Part shown: piece after piece, positions 1 to 12,353 of the stretch
Numbering within the stretch: the first letter of the stretch is position 1
Layout: each line of letters starts with the position of its first letter
Assembly (NCBI RefSeq): GCF_004010195.1
Contig: NC_057719.1
Location: 53,228,523-53,255,758, forward strand
Source of the DNA: Chiloscyllium plagiosum
Taxonomy: Eukaryota
Length of the DNA: 27,236 nt
Direction of reading: 5' to 3'
Translations under genes and position numbers: made by a program
Notes under the pieces: model-generated
Seen by the model: the letters and a program-made list of their open reading frames with translations, nothing else
Told to the model about the DNA's origin: nothing
Database searches by the model: none

Positions 1-177
1 TTTTGTGCTCTCCTCTGGCTGCAGTGTCTCTGAATCCCAGAAAGTCAATCTTAGATTCCACAAATGTACATTTGTTCTTTTTGAACATCAAATTTTATTT
101 TGAGTTGAGTAAACATCATTCATGCTGACCATCTTCTACTTTGCTCAGTCCATTTATAACAATATTGTCAAGTAGGT

Positions 178-260
178 TCAGCATTTCCTCCATGTCTGAC
201 AAGATTGAAGAAGCAATCTTCTGGTATCTGCAAAGTGCTGAAATAAGTCTATAGGCCATT
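178..260 (-). CDS. Candidate terminal coding exon of an unidentified minus-strand gene
   Basis: Acceptor tgtgtttctgtgctgcag| before 260. Phase-1 reading gives (E)WPIDLFQHFADTRRLLLQSCQTWRKC* (stop 180-178). Phase-2 reading gives MAYRLISALCRYQK...GQHE* (stop 118-116). Non-repetitive sequence; no homology recognised. Confidence 0.25.
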
Positions 261-359
261 CTGCAGCACAGAAACACACTAATAATTAATACTGTATGGT
301 GTAATCTTTACTCCTCTAGTTGTATCTGAAGAGACGTCTATCACATATTAGTAAACACA

Positions 360-440
360 TGAATGAGGACCAAAACTAGGCTATTTTTGAGTCACTTGAG
401 TCTGCTCCGCTATTCAGTAAGATTGTGGCTGATCTGTTTG
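360..440 (-). mobile_element. Old CR1/L2-type LINE 3' tail fragment
   Basis: cttgagtctgctccgctattcagtaagattgtggctgatct resembles the LINE 3' ends at 16660-16705 (-) and 22890-22950 (+). Confidence 0.45.
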
Positions 441-469
441 TGGTAAGAGTGGGGATTACACCATTGAAT

Positions 470-695
470 TTAGATCAGAGTGGTGCTGGAAAAGCACAAC
501 AGCTCAGGCAGCATCCGAGGAGCAGGAAAATCGCTGTTTTGGGCAAAAGCCATTCATCAGCCCTTCCTGATGAAGGGCTTTTGCCTGAAACATCGATTTT
601 CCTGCTCCTTGGGTGCTGCCTGACCTGCTGTGCTTTTCTACCACCAATCTGATCTAAACACTGGCTTGCAGCATCTGCAGTCCACACTTTTGCCT
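470..695 (+). mobile_element. Penelope-like mini-element: inverted terminal-repeat hairpin plus ~38-bp tail, with hammerhead-like core
   Basis: Inverted arms ~470-560 and 567-657 (ttagatcag...ctgatctaa). Perfect 15-bp TSD attacaccattgaat at 455-469 and 696-710. CTGATGA-a-GGGC-tttt-GCCT-GAAA at 567-590. Confidence 0.8.
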
Positions 696-858
696 ATTAC
701 ACCATTGAATGTCAAGGGACAGTAGTTAGATTATCTCTTACTGGGGATGGTCATTGACTGGCATTTGTGTTACTGCCACTTGTCAGGCTAAGTCTGGATG
801 TTGTCCAGATCTTGTTGTGTTTGAACATAGACTGCTGCAGTATCTGAGGAGTTGCAAA

Positions 859-1177
859 TTTTTTTTAGATTCCTTACAGTGTGGAAACAGGCCCTTCAGC
901 CCAACAAGTCCACACTGACCCGCCGAAGCGCAACCCATCCAGACCCATTCCCCTACATTTACCCCTTCACCTAACACTACGGGCAATTTTAGCATGGCCA
1001 ATTCACCTAACCTGCACATTTTTGGATTGTGGGAGGAAACCGGAGCACCCGGAGGAAACCCACGCAGACACGGGGAGAATGTGCAAACTCCACACAGAGT
1101 CGCCTGAGGCGGGAATTAAACCCAGGTCTCTGGCGCTGTGAGGCAGCAGTGCTAACCACTGTGCCACCGTGCCGCCC
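859..1177 (-). mobile_element. Full-length HE1-like tRNA-derived V-SINE
   Basis: On minus: A-box TGGCACAGTGG (1166-1156), B-box GGTTTAATTCC (1122-1112), central tgtgcaggttaggtgaattggccatgcta domain, CR1-like 3' tail and short A-tail (859-866). Similar copies at 21322 and 25663. Confidence 0.9.
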
Positions 1178-1959
1178 ACGGCACGCTGAACATTATGCAA
1201 ACATTGGCAAACATCCCTACTTCTGACCTTATGATGGAGGGAAGGTCATTGATGAAGTAATTGAAGATAGGAAACTGTTTTGAAGAACTCCTGCAGAGAT
1301 GTCCTGGAGTGAGATGACTGATCTCCAACAGCCACAACCATCATCCTATGTGCCAGGTATGACTCTAACCCCAGAGAATTTGCCCCCTGATTCCCATTGA
1401 TTCCAGTTTCGCTAGGGTACCTTTATATTTTAGTTGGTCAAATGCAGCCTTGATAACACTCTCACATCACCTCTGGAATTCAGTTCCTTTGTCTATGTTT
1501 GAACCAAGGTTGTAATGAGGTCAGGAGCTGAGTGGCTCTGGCAGAACCCGAACTGGGCATCACTGAGCAGGTTATTGCTGAGTAGGTGCTGCTTGATAGC
1601 ACTGTTGACAACACCTTCCATAACTTTACTAATGATCAAGAGTCAATTGATAGGGTGGTAATTGACCAGGTTGGATTTGTCCTGCTTTTTGTGTATAAGA
1701 CATACCTGGGCAATAACTGGGAGTGTTTATCCCTGATTCCCATTAGTGCTCTTGTGGGGTATTCAAGTTTGCTGGAAAGCAAACCCATTAATCATTGCCT
1801 TTGGCTTTGTATTAAGTGAATCTGTCCATGATTACATTTCTGTAGGAGACTGGAAAAGTGCCAAAAGTGAAACAATGGTCATATGGTGATAAGAAATAGG
1901 AGGGTTCAGTCCAATGAGCCTGCCTGCCATTTGATAAGATCTTCACTGATCTGACTGTG

Positions 1960-2900
1960 TCTTTAACTTCTCTATCCTGCCTGTATCCTGCAATGTTTGA
2001 CAAAACAAGTCTCCCTCTGTCACAAAATGTATTCAGTGACTCAAGCTCCAGTGCTGTCTATTGACAAAGACTATTGATAATATAAAAAATAAATTCCTTA
2101 TCTCCATCTTAAATGGCAAACTCCTTATTTGTGAGCGGTGTCTCCTATTTCTACTCTCTTTTTGTGACTCAAGTCAAAGGACCTCATTCTATACACTCAC
2201 TCCATTTAAAAAGGTCTGATTTTGCATGCATCCTACTAAAGTAGACAACCTTAAATTTTCCAGAATCATACTTTGTCTGTCACTTAACCCATAGAATCTT
2301 AATATCCTCCTTGCAATTTGCTTTCCTATCTGTCATTTAATCAGTAGCAAATTTGGTTATAATATAGTCAGTCTTTTTATCCAACACAAAAGTATTAATC
2401 ATAAATAGTTGACACCACAGCACTGATCACTGGAGCAGTCCATTAGTTACAGTTTGCCAGCAAAAAATGATGAATTTATCTTGATTATACAGGATTGATT
2501 AACTAACAGCAAACCATCTATGCTAATACATCACCGCCAACATAATGAGAATTTTGAAACAAATCCAGAAACTGCTGGAAAATCTCAGCAGGTCTGGTAA
2601 CATCTGAGGAGGGAAATCAGTGTTAACATTTTGGGTCACGTGACCCTTCTTCAGAACTGTTCTCAGCAGATCTGACAGCAATTTCGGTTTTTGTTTCAGG
2701 TTTCCAGCATCCATAGTTCTTTTGATTTTTGTAAAATGACAATTTTATCTTCTCTGGTATGGCAACTTATCAAATGGCTCTTAGAAATCCAAATACTTTA
2801 CATCTACTGATTTTTCTTTGTTGAATGTATTTGTTACCTCCTCAAGCAACTCAAATGAATTTGTCAAACAACACAATTTGTATTTCACAAAGCAAAATCA
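1960..2900 (-). mobile_element. Very old CR1 LINE fragments (3' end and RT)
   Basis: ccatcttaaatggcaaactccttattt matches the reverse complement of 9903-9925 (aataagggatcacccatttcaaa). Further decayed RT-like segments follow. Boundaries approximate. Confidence 0.5.
2556..2734. mobile_element. Penelope-like hairpin mini-element, second family, right arm internally deleted
   Basis: Termini gaaacaaatccagaaactgctg and cagcaatttcggtttttgtttc are inverted. TSD aatga(g/c)aatttt at 2544-2555 and 2735-2746 (1 mismatch). Minus-strand CTGAAGA-a-GGGTC-acgt-GACCC-aaaa. Homologous to 25491-25623. Confidence 0.7.
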
Positions 2901-3049
2901 CTATATCTTGAACATTTTGTTTCACAGGAGTGGGAAGAGTAGAAAATTCCAATGGTAGAGTTTTTCACTCAATATCAACTCTTTAACAACAATTTTGACA
3001 AAATTCACAATCTCTCCTGAGATCTCTCTTGCTCTTATTTCTTATGATC

Positions 3050-3330
3050 TGTAAAAAGAATGTGACAGCTTTAGGGAGAACAGAGGGAGGATTGATGAAA
3101 ATGATTCCAAGGGTGAAGAACTTCAGTTACATAGAAAGAGTCAAGATGTTAAGACAGTTCTCCTTTGGCAAGAGAAGGTTGAGAGGAAATTCCATTGAAA
3201 TTTTCAAAATCGTGAGGGCAAGAAAATTTTGCAGTGCTAAAGGAAGCGGCAAGGATGGTCAAAGGGGAATTGCTCCTTCCGAGAATTGGCACAGAGTGGC
3301 CTCCTTTTCATAAACCAGTCTGTGATTCTA
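3050..3330 (+). mobile_element. CR1 LINE ORF2 C-terminal/3' fragment
   Basis: Translation MIPRVKNFSYIERVKMLRQFSFGKRRLRGNSIEIFKIV is a typical CR1 C-terminus, comparable to ORF 18247..18498. Confidence 0.7.
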
Positions 3331-4148
3331 TAAGTGCCCTGGTTCATGGAGAATTGTTCACCAAAGTACATGGGAAGCACAATTTGTTCTTGAAATCATT
3401 CCGTGTTATCATTTAATTGGTATATTAGGTTTGTACTTAATATCCCATTTAAATAAATGGTACCTCTATGGTACAGTAGTTACTTAACCTGTATTGTACT
3501 CTTGAATCCATGGTGGATTTTGAAACTACAATCTTTTGAGTCTGAATTAAGCGAAATGCCAAGGTGATACTACTCATTAAGGTAATGGCATGTGCTGGTA
3601 TACAGTTTGGTAACGTTTTCAGTCTTTGAGTTGTGGATTGTGCAAAATTTAATTAAAATAGCATGATAAGAAATTCATAATTACTGTGTTTTAATCTATA
3701 AATGAGTTAGTCATATTTAACAGAGTTTAGCTGATTTCCCAAGAAGGCTTACTTAATTAAATGTAATTAAATGTCAGAAACCATCATCGTTTTTTACATT
3801 TATGAATGTGGAATGGGCAGTCATCTCTTTAATCTTCAAATGGTAGCAATTCTAGTATTCAATTAAAATGCTGCTGTAACGTATCTCTGATTTCTTTTAA
3901 TACAACAAGCTCATATTGTGATCAAATTCAATATTTTATCTTGTCATACTCGGTCAACTCCTAGGAATCAAGCAGAAAACCATTTTCATATTTCAAATTC
4001 TATTATGTGCCATCACTAGAATTTTCTTAATTTTAGATGGTAGTAAAATCAATTTTTCCGTGGATCAGCATTTAGTTTATAAACTGACAAATAGGTTTAT
4101 TAAACTACAGATGAATAAAGGGACAGAAATAATGAACAAATTTGAGAT

Positions 4149-4430
4149 AAAAATACAGGAGGTGCTGGAAGTGATCAGCAAGGTCGGGCAGCATATGTGA
4201 AGAGAGAAACAAGGTTAATATTTCAGGTCAACGATCTTTATACCAGAATGGGTAAAGTTAGCAATGAAGAATTTAAAGTTGGTCAAATGGGGAAATGTAG
4301 AAATAGAACAAAAGGGAAAACATAAATATAGGATGGAAGCCATTAAATAATAAAAGAGCCAGAGGGAATAGTCGTGGGACAAGAAACTAAAGATGTGTTC
4401 AGAGATGGCGCAAATGTCAGAATGATGATG
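4149..4430 (-). mobile_element. Old Penelope-like element terminal fragment
   Basis: tgctggaagtgatcagcaaggtcgggcagcatatgtgaagagagaaacaaggttaatatttcaggtc aligns by eye to 25540-25605. Right boundary uncertain. Confidence 0.5.
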
Positions 4431-4630
4431 ACTAAATATGCATTCCCTCTCAAGAGTAAGAAAACTTGATCGTGAAGTACTTATAATTTTCTACTACTTG
4501 ATGTCTCCTATATTAGAGTGTTGCTTGTAGAATATCTTCAATCTTAAGTGTTTTGCCTCTTGGATCATGCAGTTCCACTGTTGTCATATGTAGCTTTCTT
4601 AACCTAAGTTCACTACCTGATAATATAATG

Positions 4631-4851
4631 TTAAAAGTCACAAAATACCAGGATATAGTCCAACAGGTTTATTTTGAAGCACTAGCTTCAGAGTGCTGCT
4701 CCTTCATCAGGTGATTGTCCACAGCCACCTGATGAAGAAGTAGTACTCCAAAAGCAAGTGCTTCCAAAGAAACCTGTTGGACTGTAACCTGCTGTGGTGT
4801 GATTTTTAACTTTATCCACCCAAGTCAAACACCGGCTCTTCCACATCATGG
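4631..4851 (+). mobile_element. Penelope-like hairpin mini-element, third family, with ~41-bp tail
   Basis: Inverted arms ~4630-4713 and 4726-4810. TSD taatataatg at 4621-4630 and 4852-4861. CTGATGA at 4729-4735 with decayed stem II. Homologous to 11830-11925 and 20494-20575. Confidence 0.8.
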
Positions 4852-5322
4852 TAATATAATGACATGCACCATTGTATTTAACTGAAATTCATGAGATAAT
4901 TATTGACATAAACACCATTTAGCCGAAAAAAATCTAAAACACACAATTTTCCTAGGAACACTTATGTTTTTCTTCTGTTGTAGTTCTTTAATATATTAAC
5001 CTCCATGTGGGAACTTATTGATTGTTTACTTTTCTGAAACTGTGTCTCATTTCTGCATGCTTTCTGAAAGTGACCTATTGTTTGTCAGCTAAGGCATTTA
5101 CATTGAACAGATGGGCATTGTCTGTGCCTGTGAGGTTTCTTTGCTCGACAACATTGGCTAGGACCTTTAGTGCTTGGTGCCTATCATAATCACTGTCCAG
5201 GGTCCTCTCATGTGTTCTATATCATTTTGGAGTTTGAAGGAAGCTTGCTTATCTTCTTTGCCAAGTTGAGGTTCTCATCCCAGGATTGAACTGGGTCACT
5301 TCTGGATTTTTGCCTCACTTAC

Positions 5323-5430
5323 CATTTGAATGCTTTTCTTTATAGAGCCAGGTCATTTTTGAACTGTAATAAATCTGACATAGACTCATCAGCAATTCCT
5401 GTGACAACTCTGTCTTTCTTGAATTCTGAC
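5323..5430 (-). CDS. Candidate internal coding exon (108 bp, phase 1-1)
   Basis: Acceptor gatttcag| and consensus donor ATG|gtaagt. Only one frame is open: QNSRKTELSQELLMSLCQIYYSSKMTWLYKEKHSN. Phase-compatible with 260-178. No homology recognised. Confidence 0.3.
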
Positions 5431-5724
5431 CTGAAATCACCATAGTTCCATTCCTTAATCAAACTGTAGATATTAGTATTGAAAATAACTAGGGATTCCC
5501 CTCGATGCTGTAAAACTTGTTCTTTTACCAATTTTAATCATGGTTTGACTGAACGATCCCTGGTCCTCCTGATTTAAATAAATGATTCTCACCATTATCA
5601 TTCCCCTTATGAAAGATCTCCTGACTTCCCTGCAACTGAATAAATTCTTTCAAACTTTCTGTCCCTATTGGATAACACCTGCTTAGGCTTTTAATCAGCC
5701 CTATATCATTGCTTTAATTCATCT

Positions 5725-6010
5725 AAACTCATGACCACTACCACGGAGAAAGCCAAGGGCAATGGGAACACTAATACGAGCAACTTCCTCTCTAAGTCAC
5801 TTACCAACCTGACTTCAAAATATATTGTCTTTCTTTCACTGTCACTGGATTAAAATCTTGGAATTGCTTCCCTAACTGCTTTGTGGGTCAGTCTGCATTA
5901 AATGGACTACAGTACTTAAAGAATTTAGTTCGCCACCACATTCTGAATTAGGAATAGGCAACAAACAGAGCCCCAGTCAGAGTCACACACTTCCTCTGAA
6001 AAAATAAAAA
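5725..6010 (+). mobile_element. LINE 3' end fragment (CR1/L2 group) with A-rich tail
   Basis: Ends in gaaaaaataaaaa. The atggactacag...caccac...ggcaacaaa segment resembles 16131-16232. Confidence 0.5.
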
Positions 6011-7384
6011 CAAATTATTGGCTCCACAATGTCCTTCTTCAATGACCTTTGACTAATATTTACATCATGGCTCTTTGCTTCTGCTTTTATTGTTGTGTCT
6101 CATGATGCCTAGTCATTATGTCAACAGGCTTGATCAATGCTTAAGTAATTTTTAAAACCTTACATTTCTAGCCTGGATTACTGTAGCATTTCAAAGTTTC
6201 CCATGACCCACTGGAAAGTTTGTGTTTCTCAAGGAGCCTTCAATGTCTGTTCACTCATCGCTAAATTTTGACTCAGGATCACTGCATAAACCATCCTCCT
6301 TGCATTATAGCCTGGACCTGTTTTGGAATTACTAATTCTCCTTTTTAGGGAGTTCTTAACTCTGTTGTTGCAGGTCTGAAATTCCTTCATCATTCACTGA
6401 AGAATTCTTTCTTGTTGAGAATTGCCTTGTGGTTTTCTTCTGGATGGTTTTTAAATCTTATTCTGACTGCACTGTCGGAGCAAGATAATATAAAGCTGAA
6501 TCCGGAGATCTCACACCACTGGTCACTTTGTGCTGTATGAGCAGTCAACCCAAATCCACACCATTGTCTACCATGTGACAGAGCATGCCAGCTCACTAGA
6601 CTGAGATTGTTGAAGGTTGCCACCACCATCCTCTTTAAGTTTAGGAAACTAGAAATCATGTTTTGTCTAGCATGCTGGTGGAAGCACTTCCTGGTCTAAC
6701 TCAATCTCTCTTGTTGTTATCAAGATCTACTTTATGTTAGCAATTAGTTACAGTTTACCTTGATATGATAATTATTATCATAAAGATTTTGAGGAGGACC
6801 CAATGTTGGTTCTCATTCATTTGAGTTCTTGAAGGTGTTCTGCCCACAAATCCATGGTGGATGTTGCCAAGTGGCAATATTAACTTTTCGGATCCATATA
6901 CAAGAGGAAGAAAAATACCAATGGCTGTGGAGACGTTAGACCCAAGTAGCTCCATGGGTTCCCTTCAGTTTCACCTCTAGATTGGATGGACAAGGTGAGA
7001 GTTGGATGTCAAAATCAGTGTTGACTAACTGACTAAGAAGATTGTAGAATATCTCAGCAGCAATGGGGTCGCCATAGAATTTGGAACTGGAGAAACAAGC
7101 TCCTGAATGCCCTGATTTGATATTTCAAGGTGATCACTCCTACCTCTACCTGCTTTTCGAGTTTGCATGTGGCAGAGCAAGAATGTTAATTTAATTTAAT
7201 CAGTAGAGACTTGACATCTATAGACAGGACGTATCTGTGTGCTCCCATCATGGGCTACTGAGCTACATCCAGAATAAGACATTGTGATTATCTCTATGGG
7301 GAAACTAATGTTTTAGAACCTGAGGATACAATCAGATAAAACTAACTTATACTATTTACAATATAGTAAAACGACAAAACATAA

Positions 7385-10150
7385 GGCATTGTAGTTGAAT
7401 GCACATAGCATTTGAATCAAAACAGATGAAATAGTTGTACACATTGAAATAAGCATGATCTCGTGGCCATTTCTGAGGTAAGGCTGCAGGATGACTTAGA
7501 CTGGTACCTGAATATTAAAGGGTATATAACATTTAGGAAATACAGGAAGCCAAGAAAGGGTTGCTGAATGGCCCTGTTAATTAAATAAGCTATTAGCATT
7601 GTGGAGAGGAACGATGTAAATTCCAGAAACCAGGATATAGAAGCAGTGTGGTTAGGGATGAGGAACAATAAAGGCAAGAGGTCACTTGTAGAAGCTGTGC
7701 ACGGGATGTCTAACCATAACCACATGAAAGAATTAATGGGAGCTTGCCAAAGACTACAATAATTATCATGGGGGATTTTAACCTACGCATATACTAGAAA
7801 AATCAGATAAGTGAGAAACCTGTCTCAGTGAATGTTTTAGGACAATATCTTAGAACAGCATGTTGAACAAAACAGAGAGCAGGCTATACTAGACCTGATT
7901 TTCACCAATGAGATAGGGTTAATTGATGTCCTCATAGTAAAAGCACCCCTGGGTAGCAACAACCATAATACGATTGAAGTTTATATACACTTTAACAGAG
8001 AGAAGTGTGGATTCAAAACTGCTACTTTGAATTTTTACAAGTGTAATTATGAGGGCATGAAAGTAGAGTTGATTGAGCTGAGTTGGCAATTTAGGTTAAG
8101 AATAGGCCAATAAAGATACTATGTCAAACATTGAGGGGGATATTCCAGAAATTGCAGAATAGTACATCGGCAAAAAAAATTTAGTAAAATTCTAAGGGAT
8201 GGACCTACCATCCACAGATAACTTAAAAATATAAAAGATAGTTATCAAACTGAAAGAAAAGATAGACGTCAGATCAGAAGATTGGACAGAATGAAAGAAA
8301 GCAAAGAATTAAACATTAATAGATTAAGTAAAAGATTATTAAAGAGGGAAAATAGAGTATAAAAGAAAGTTTACCAAAAATATAAAAATATATAGACCGG
8401 AAAAGTTTATTCACATACTTAAGAAATAAAAGAGTTAATAAAGTAAGTATTCGTCCAATACAAAATGAGTAATGGTGATCCTAGTTTCTGGAATTTACGT
8501 CATCCCTCCTTGTTACTAATAGAATATTAGTAATGGTGGATAAAGAAATGGACAGACAAATTGACCAGATGTTTTGCATCAGTCTTCACTTGAGAGGATA
8601 CAAGTAACCTCAAAGAAATAGTTATAAATCAAGAATTGAAAGGGTGGGAGAAACTCAAGAAAATTGCAATTACCAGGGAAATTGTACTGATAAAATTGTT
8701 CGCAGCTGCAAATTGACAAGTCTTGAAATCCTAATGGGTTTCATCCCAAGATCTTAAAAGAAGTAATCAATGACATAGTTGATGCATTGTTTTTAATTTA
8801 CCAAAACCTATTAGATTTGGGCAAGGTTCCTTTAGATTGGACAATTGCTAATTGAATTTATTTATTCAATGAAGGGGTGGGAGGGAGAAAGCAGAAAACT
8901 AACTACAGATCAGTTAGCTTAATGTCCATCAGAGGGAAAATGTTGGAAGTTATTATTAAGAACGTTATTATAGGACAGTAGGACAAGTTGAAGGCATTCA
9001 GTCAGAGTTAATAGATTTTATTGAAGGGAAATTATGTTGAACCAATTTATTGCAGATCTTTGAAGAAGCAACTTGTGTTTTTGATAAAAGGAGACCAGTG
9101 AATGTATTGCACTTAGATTTCCAGGAGGCATTTGATAACATGCCATAACAAAGGTAAAGTAGAAAATAAAAGCTCATGATGCAGGGGGCAGAGAGTAGGA
9201 ATAAATGGGTACTAGTGGTGTGTCACAGATGTCAGTGTTGGGGCCTCAACTCTTTCCAACTTATATAAATGGTTTGATTCAAGGGATCAAATGTATGGTA
9301 GCTAGTTTGTTGATGTCATAAACATAGGTAGGAAAGTGAGTTGTGAAGAGAGCATAAAGAGACTACAAAGTGATATAGATTAAGTTTTTTGTTATGTGAG
9401 TGCAAAGATCTGGAAATGGAGTATTATGTGGAAAAGTGTACAATAGTCCATTTAGCATGTTTTTTAAATGAGGAAAGGTTGCAGAGTTCTAAGGCAGAGA
9501 TACCTCAGTGTCCCAGTGCACAAATCACAGAAGGTTCATATGTTTTTACTTCAATGATCAGGAAAGCTAATAGAATTTTTTTGGTTTACTGCGAGGGGGA
9601 TTAAATGCAAGAATATGCTTCAGTTATATACACCATTATTAAGACTTAATCAGAGTACTGTGCACAGTATTAGTCACTGCAGTTACAGAAGGAATTTAAT
9701 GTGTTGAAAGCAGTTCAGAGAAAGTTTACAAGTCTAATATTTAGGACGAGTAGATTGCCTTCCAGACCTGTATTCTCCTCCTGAAATTTAGAAGAGTCAG
9801 AGGTGACTTGATTGAAACATTTACAGTCCAGAGGGAGTTTGACTGGGTGAATGTTGAAAGAATATTTCCTCTTGTGGGAGAATCTAGAACTTTAAGTTAG
9901 AAATAAGGGATCACCCATTTCAAACAGAGGAAAGGAACAACTCAGTTGTGAGAGTCTTTGAAATCCCCTTCCTCCAAAAGCAGATATAGAACCTTTAAAT
10001 GTTTTTAAGGCAGGAGCAGATAGATTCTTGGCTACCAAGTGGATGAAAATTATTGGGAATATGCAGAAATGTAGAGTTGATTCTAAAATAAAATCAACCA
10101 TGATCTTTTTCATGACATGCTCAAAGGACTAAGTGGCCTACTCTTGTTCT
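7385..10150 (+). mobile_element. Near full-length but heavily decayed CR1 ORF2 (APE endonuclease + RT) and 3' UTR
   Basis: Recognisable motif remnants in order: LNAHSI (7396), DLVAISE, IIMGDFN (~7762-7782), ILDL (~7886), LDFQEAFD (~9113), SVLGP (~9232), AVQRKFT (~9710). Many stops and frameshifts. Confidence 0.85.
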
Positions 10151-11516
10151 TTGAATTTTTGAATGACCTCAGGATAAGGGCAGGCCATTTGGATTCAAGC
10201 TGAGGGTGACATTCATTACTGAGGGTACTGTGTATTTTGACTCCCTCCTTCTGATGCTATCAAGGCTCAGTCATTGAGTATATTTGAAGACTGAGATTGA
10301 TAGATTTCTTCTGACATTTGTTTTGAAGAGATGTGATCCAAATATTTATCTTTTGAAGATTAGGAGGCCTTATATGAATATATAGGATACTTTGTGAAGA
10401 AAAAGCTATTTGATACAACACCATCAATGTTGCACTTTTAAGAACCAGTCAGCTAAGATGGAGTCATACAACCTTGAATTTGTAGTGAGATGTCACATGA
10501 TCAGTTTGTTAGTGAGACAAGACCTGTATTTTGGGACTCAGTGAAAGAGAATTTAAGACCTGCTTGAGATGCAACAACCTATTGATCCCTTTTCCTTTTG
10601 TTGCAACTCCTCTGTGCAAAGTTTGATAGCTGAAAGCCTGTGAAAAGTAATTTTTACCCCTCCAGGAGAATTCTTGAAAAATATTTGCTTGAAATCTCTT
10701 CCAATGAATGAGCAAGAGGAATGTACCTAATATAACAGTTCCAGGAACGCACTCCAGTGCCAGCAGATTGTGTTTGTGTAGAATAGTTTCAGATTCAGAA
10801 TGGCATTTGTGACAACCTATGATGTAATCTTTCATCATGAATTTTACTATGAGTTGGCCAAATTATTTTGTACATGGCAGAGGTTTCTTTTTTGTCTCCT
10901 TTCTGACGTGTGTTCATATACCTACATGTACTGGAGGTTTTTAGAAGGACAGATATTGATATAAATTTGCATCACCAAAGCTATTTATCGATAATCTTTG
11001 CATTGTTTTCTTGACTAATTTACTTTTGGCACAGTAGTAAATCAATTATTTGTGGTGTCTAAGGAACCCTGACTGACTTGTTCTTAACTCTGAACCTGAC
11101 CCCAGTCCAAGGCCTATATAATTGACTGACTATATCTTCATCCTGGTTAAATAAAAAAATTATTTGCCACAAGTCAAGGTGTGAGACTACTGCACCCCTC
11201 CAATTTTGTTTAAAATGTATATTTGGGGGCTTGCCCAGTATTGAACCTAGAGACAGAGACATATAATTGGAAGTGGGGGCAATAACTAAAGAAATGAAAT
11301 TACCAGCATAGGTTTCTTCTACATGAGAGTAACAAACATACTAAACAAATTCTGAAGTAAGTGTGTTTTTGTAACAGAATGAGATACATTTTAAAACATT
11401 GGTGACAGATGCAGTAAGCACATGAAAGAGTTAACTGAAATCACAAGATAGGCTTTTCCTGTCAGGATTTAAAATGCTGCTCGTGGGAGGAGTGCACCGT
11501 TCTCTGTGTGCTCTAC

Positions 11517-11544
11517 GTGTGTGTGTGTGTGTCTGTGTGTGTGT
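11517..11544. repeat. (GT)n microsatellite
   Basis: gtgtgtgtgtgtgtgtctgtgtgtgtgt, one interruption. Confidence 0.9.
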
Positions 11545-11829
11545 TCACTAGAGTGTGTATCCTTCTTCAATGATTGTTCTTAATATTATCAGCGAGGAGC
11601 TAAAGAAGTCATATGTCCACACTTTTAAGTTGAGCCAGAGTGTCTCCAAAATGATGAATCTAATATGTAATATTAATAGCCACAAAGTAAAACGCAATAA
11701 ATCTACTTATTGTTCATCAAGATTAAAACTAACTTGTGTCACAGATTTCGTGTGGGTATACTTCCCCATAGGATTTCAGTACCTTCAACTGATACCAGCA
11801 AAAATGATTGGCAGCACTGAATCTACATC

Positions 11830-11925
11830 CTAGTGCTTCCAAATAAACCTGTTGGACTATAACCTGGTGTGGTGTAATTTTTAACTTTGCACACCCCAGT
11901 CCAACACCAGCACCTCCACATCATG
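11830..11925 (+). mobile_element. Truncated Penelope-like terminal repeat (right arm + tail)
   Basis: tagtgcttccaaataaacctgttggactataacctgg...ccacatcatg aligns with ~4757-4850. Confidence 0.8.
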
Positions 11926-12353
11926 AATCCACCCAAGCATTCCAGACAGTTCCAGTAGGAACGAACATATATACATATGGTCTACTGACAAACAAGAAAT
12001 CATAGCTGGACAGTTAAAGACTGAATTCAGATCAAAAGCCATGAGGCAAAAAAAATCACTAAACTAGTGGTCAGCAATATGACTATTAAAATGGAGAACA
12101 AATGGGCATTTTAGTTGTGAGATAAACAGGATAGCACTGACAAAGATTGAGTTGGAACAGAAGAAACTAGAAGTAGTATTTTGGAGAGGAAAAGAAGCAA
12201 GGAAAAGGAAAGGAAGTATATCAAAGAAGGAGAATCGAAAAGGAGAGAGAAAGGGCATTCTAGTTAAAGGGGCTGGTTGTTGGAGAAGAATGGGGTTTTC
12301 CTTGTATTCAGTGGGAATCCTAATGGGGAGTGATCTGTCTCTAACTCAAAACC

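Larger units (their letters stand above)
450..1715 (-). mobile_element. Degraded CR1/L2-group LINE ORF2 (RT) fragment, interrupted by a PLE hairpin and a SINE
   Basis: Minus-strand translation YFINDLPSIIRSEVGMFANVCIMF (ORF 1152..1337) is a decayed non-LTR RT INDL...FADD motif. The LINE sequence resumes on both sides of each insertion. Ends approximate. Confidence 0.7.

Noticed and set aside
425..687. Two overlapping antiparallel ORFs with similar peptides
   Set aside because: Artefact of the DNA palindrome at 470-657; not a gene pair or toxin-antitoxin system.
783..1226. Cluster of 60-86 aa ORFs
   Set aside because: All lie in the HE1-like SINE, and the same peptides recur at 21216-21542.
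6755..6994. Possible exon, with good donor sites on both strands
   Set aside because: Plus-strand frames tested hit stops before the donor. The minus-strand frame is phase-incompatible with the 5430 exon candidate and unrecognisable.
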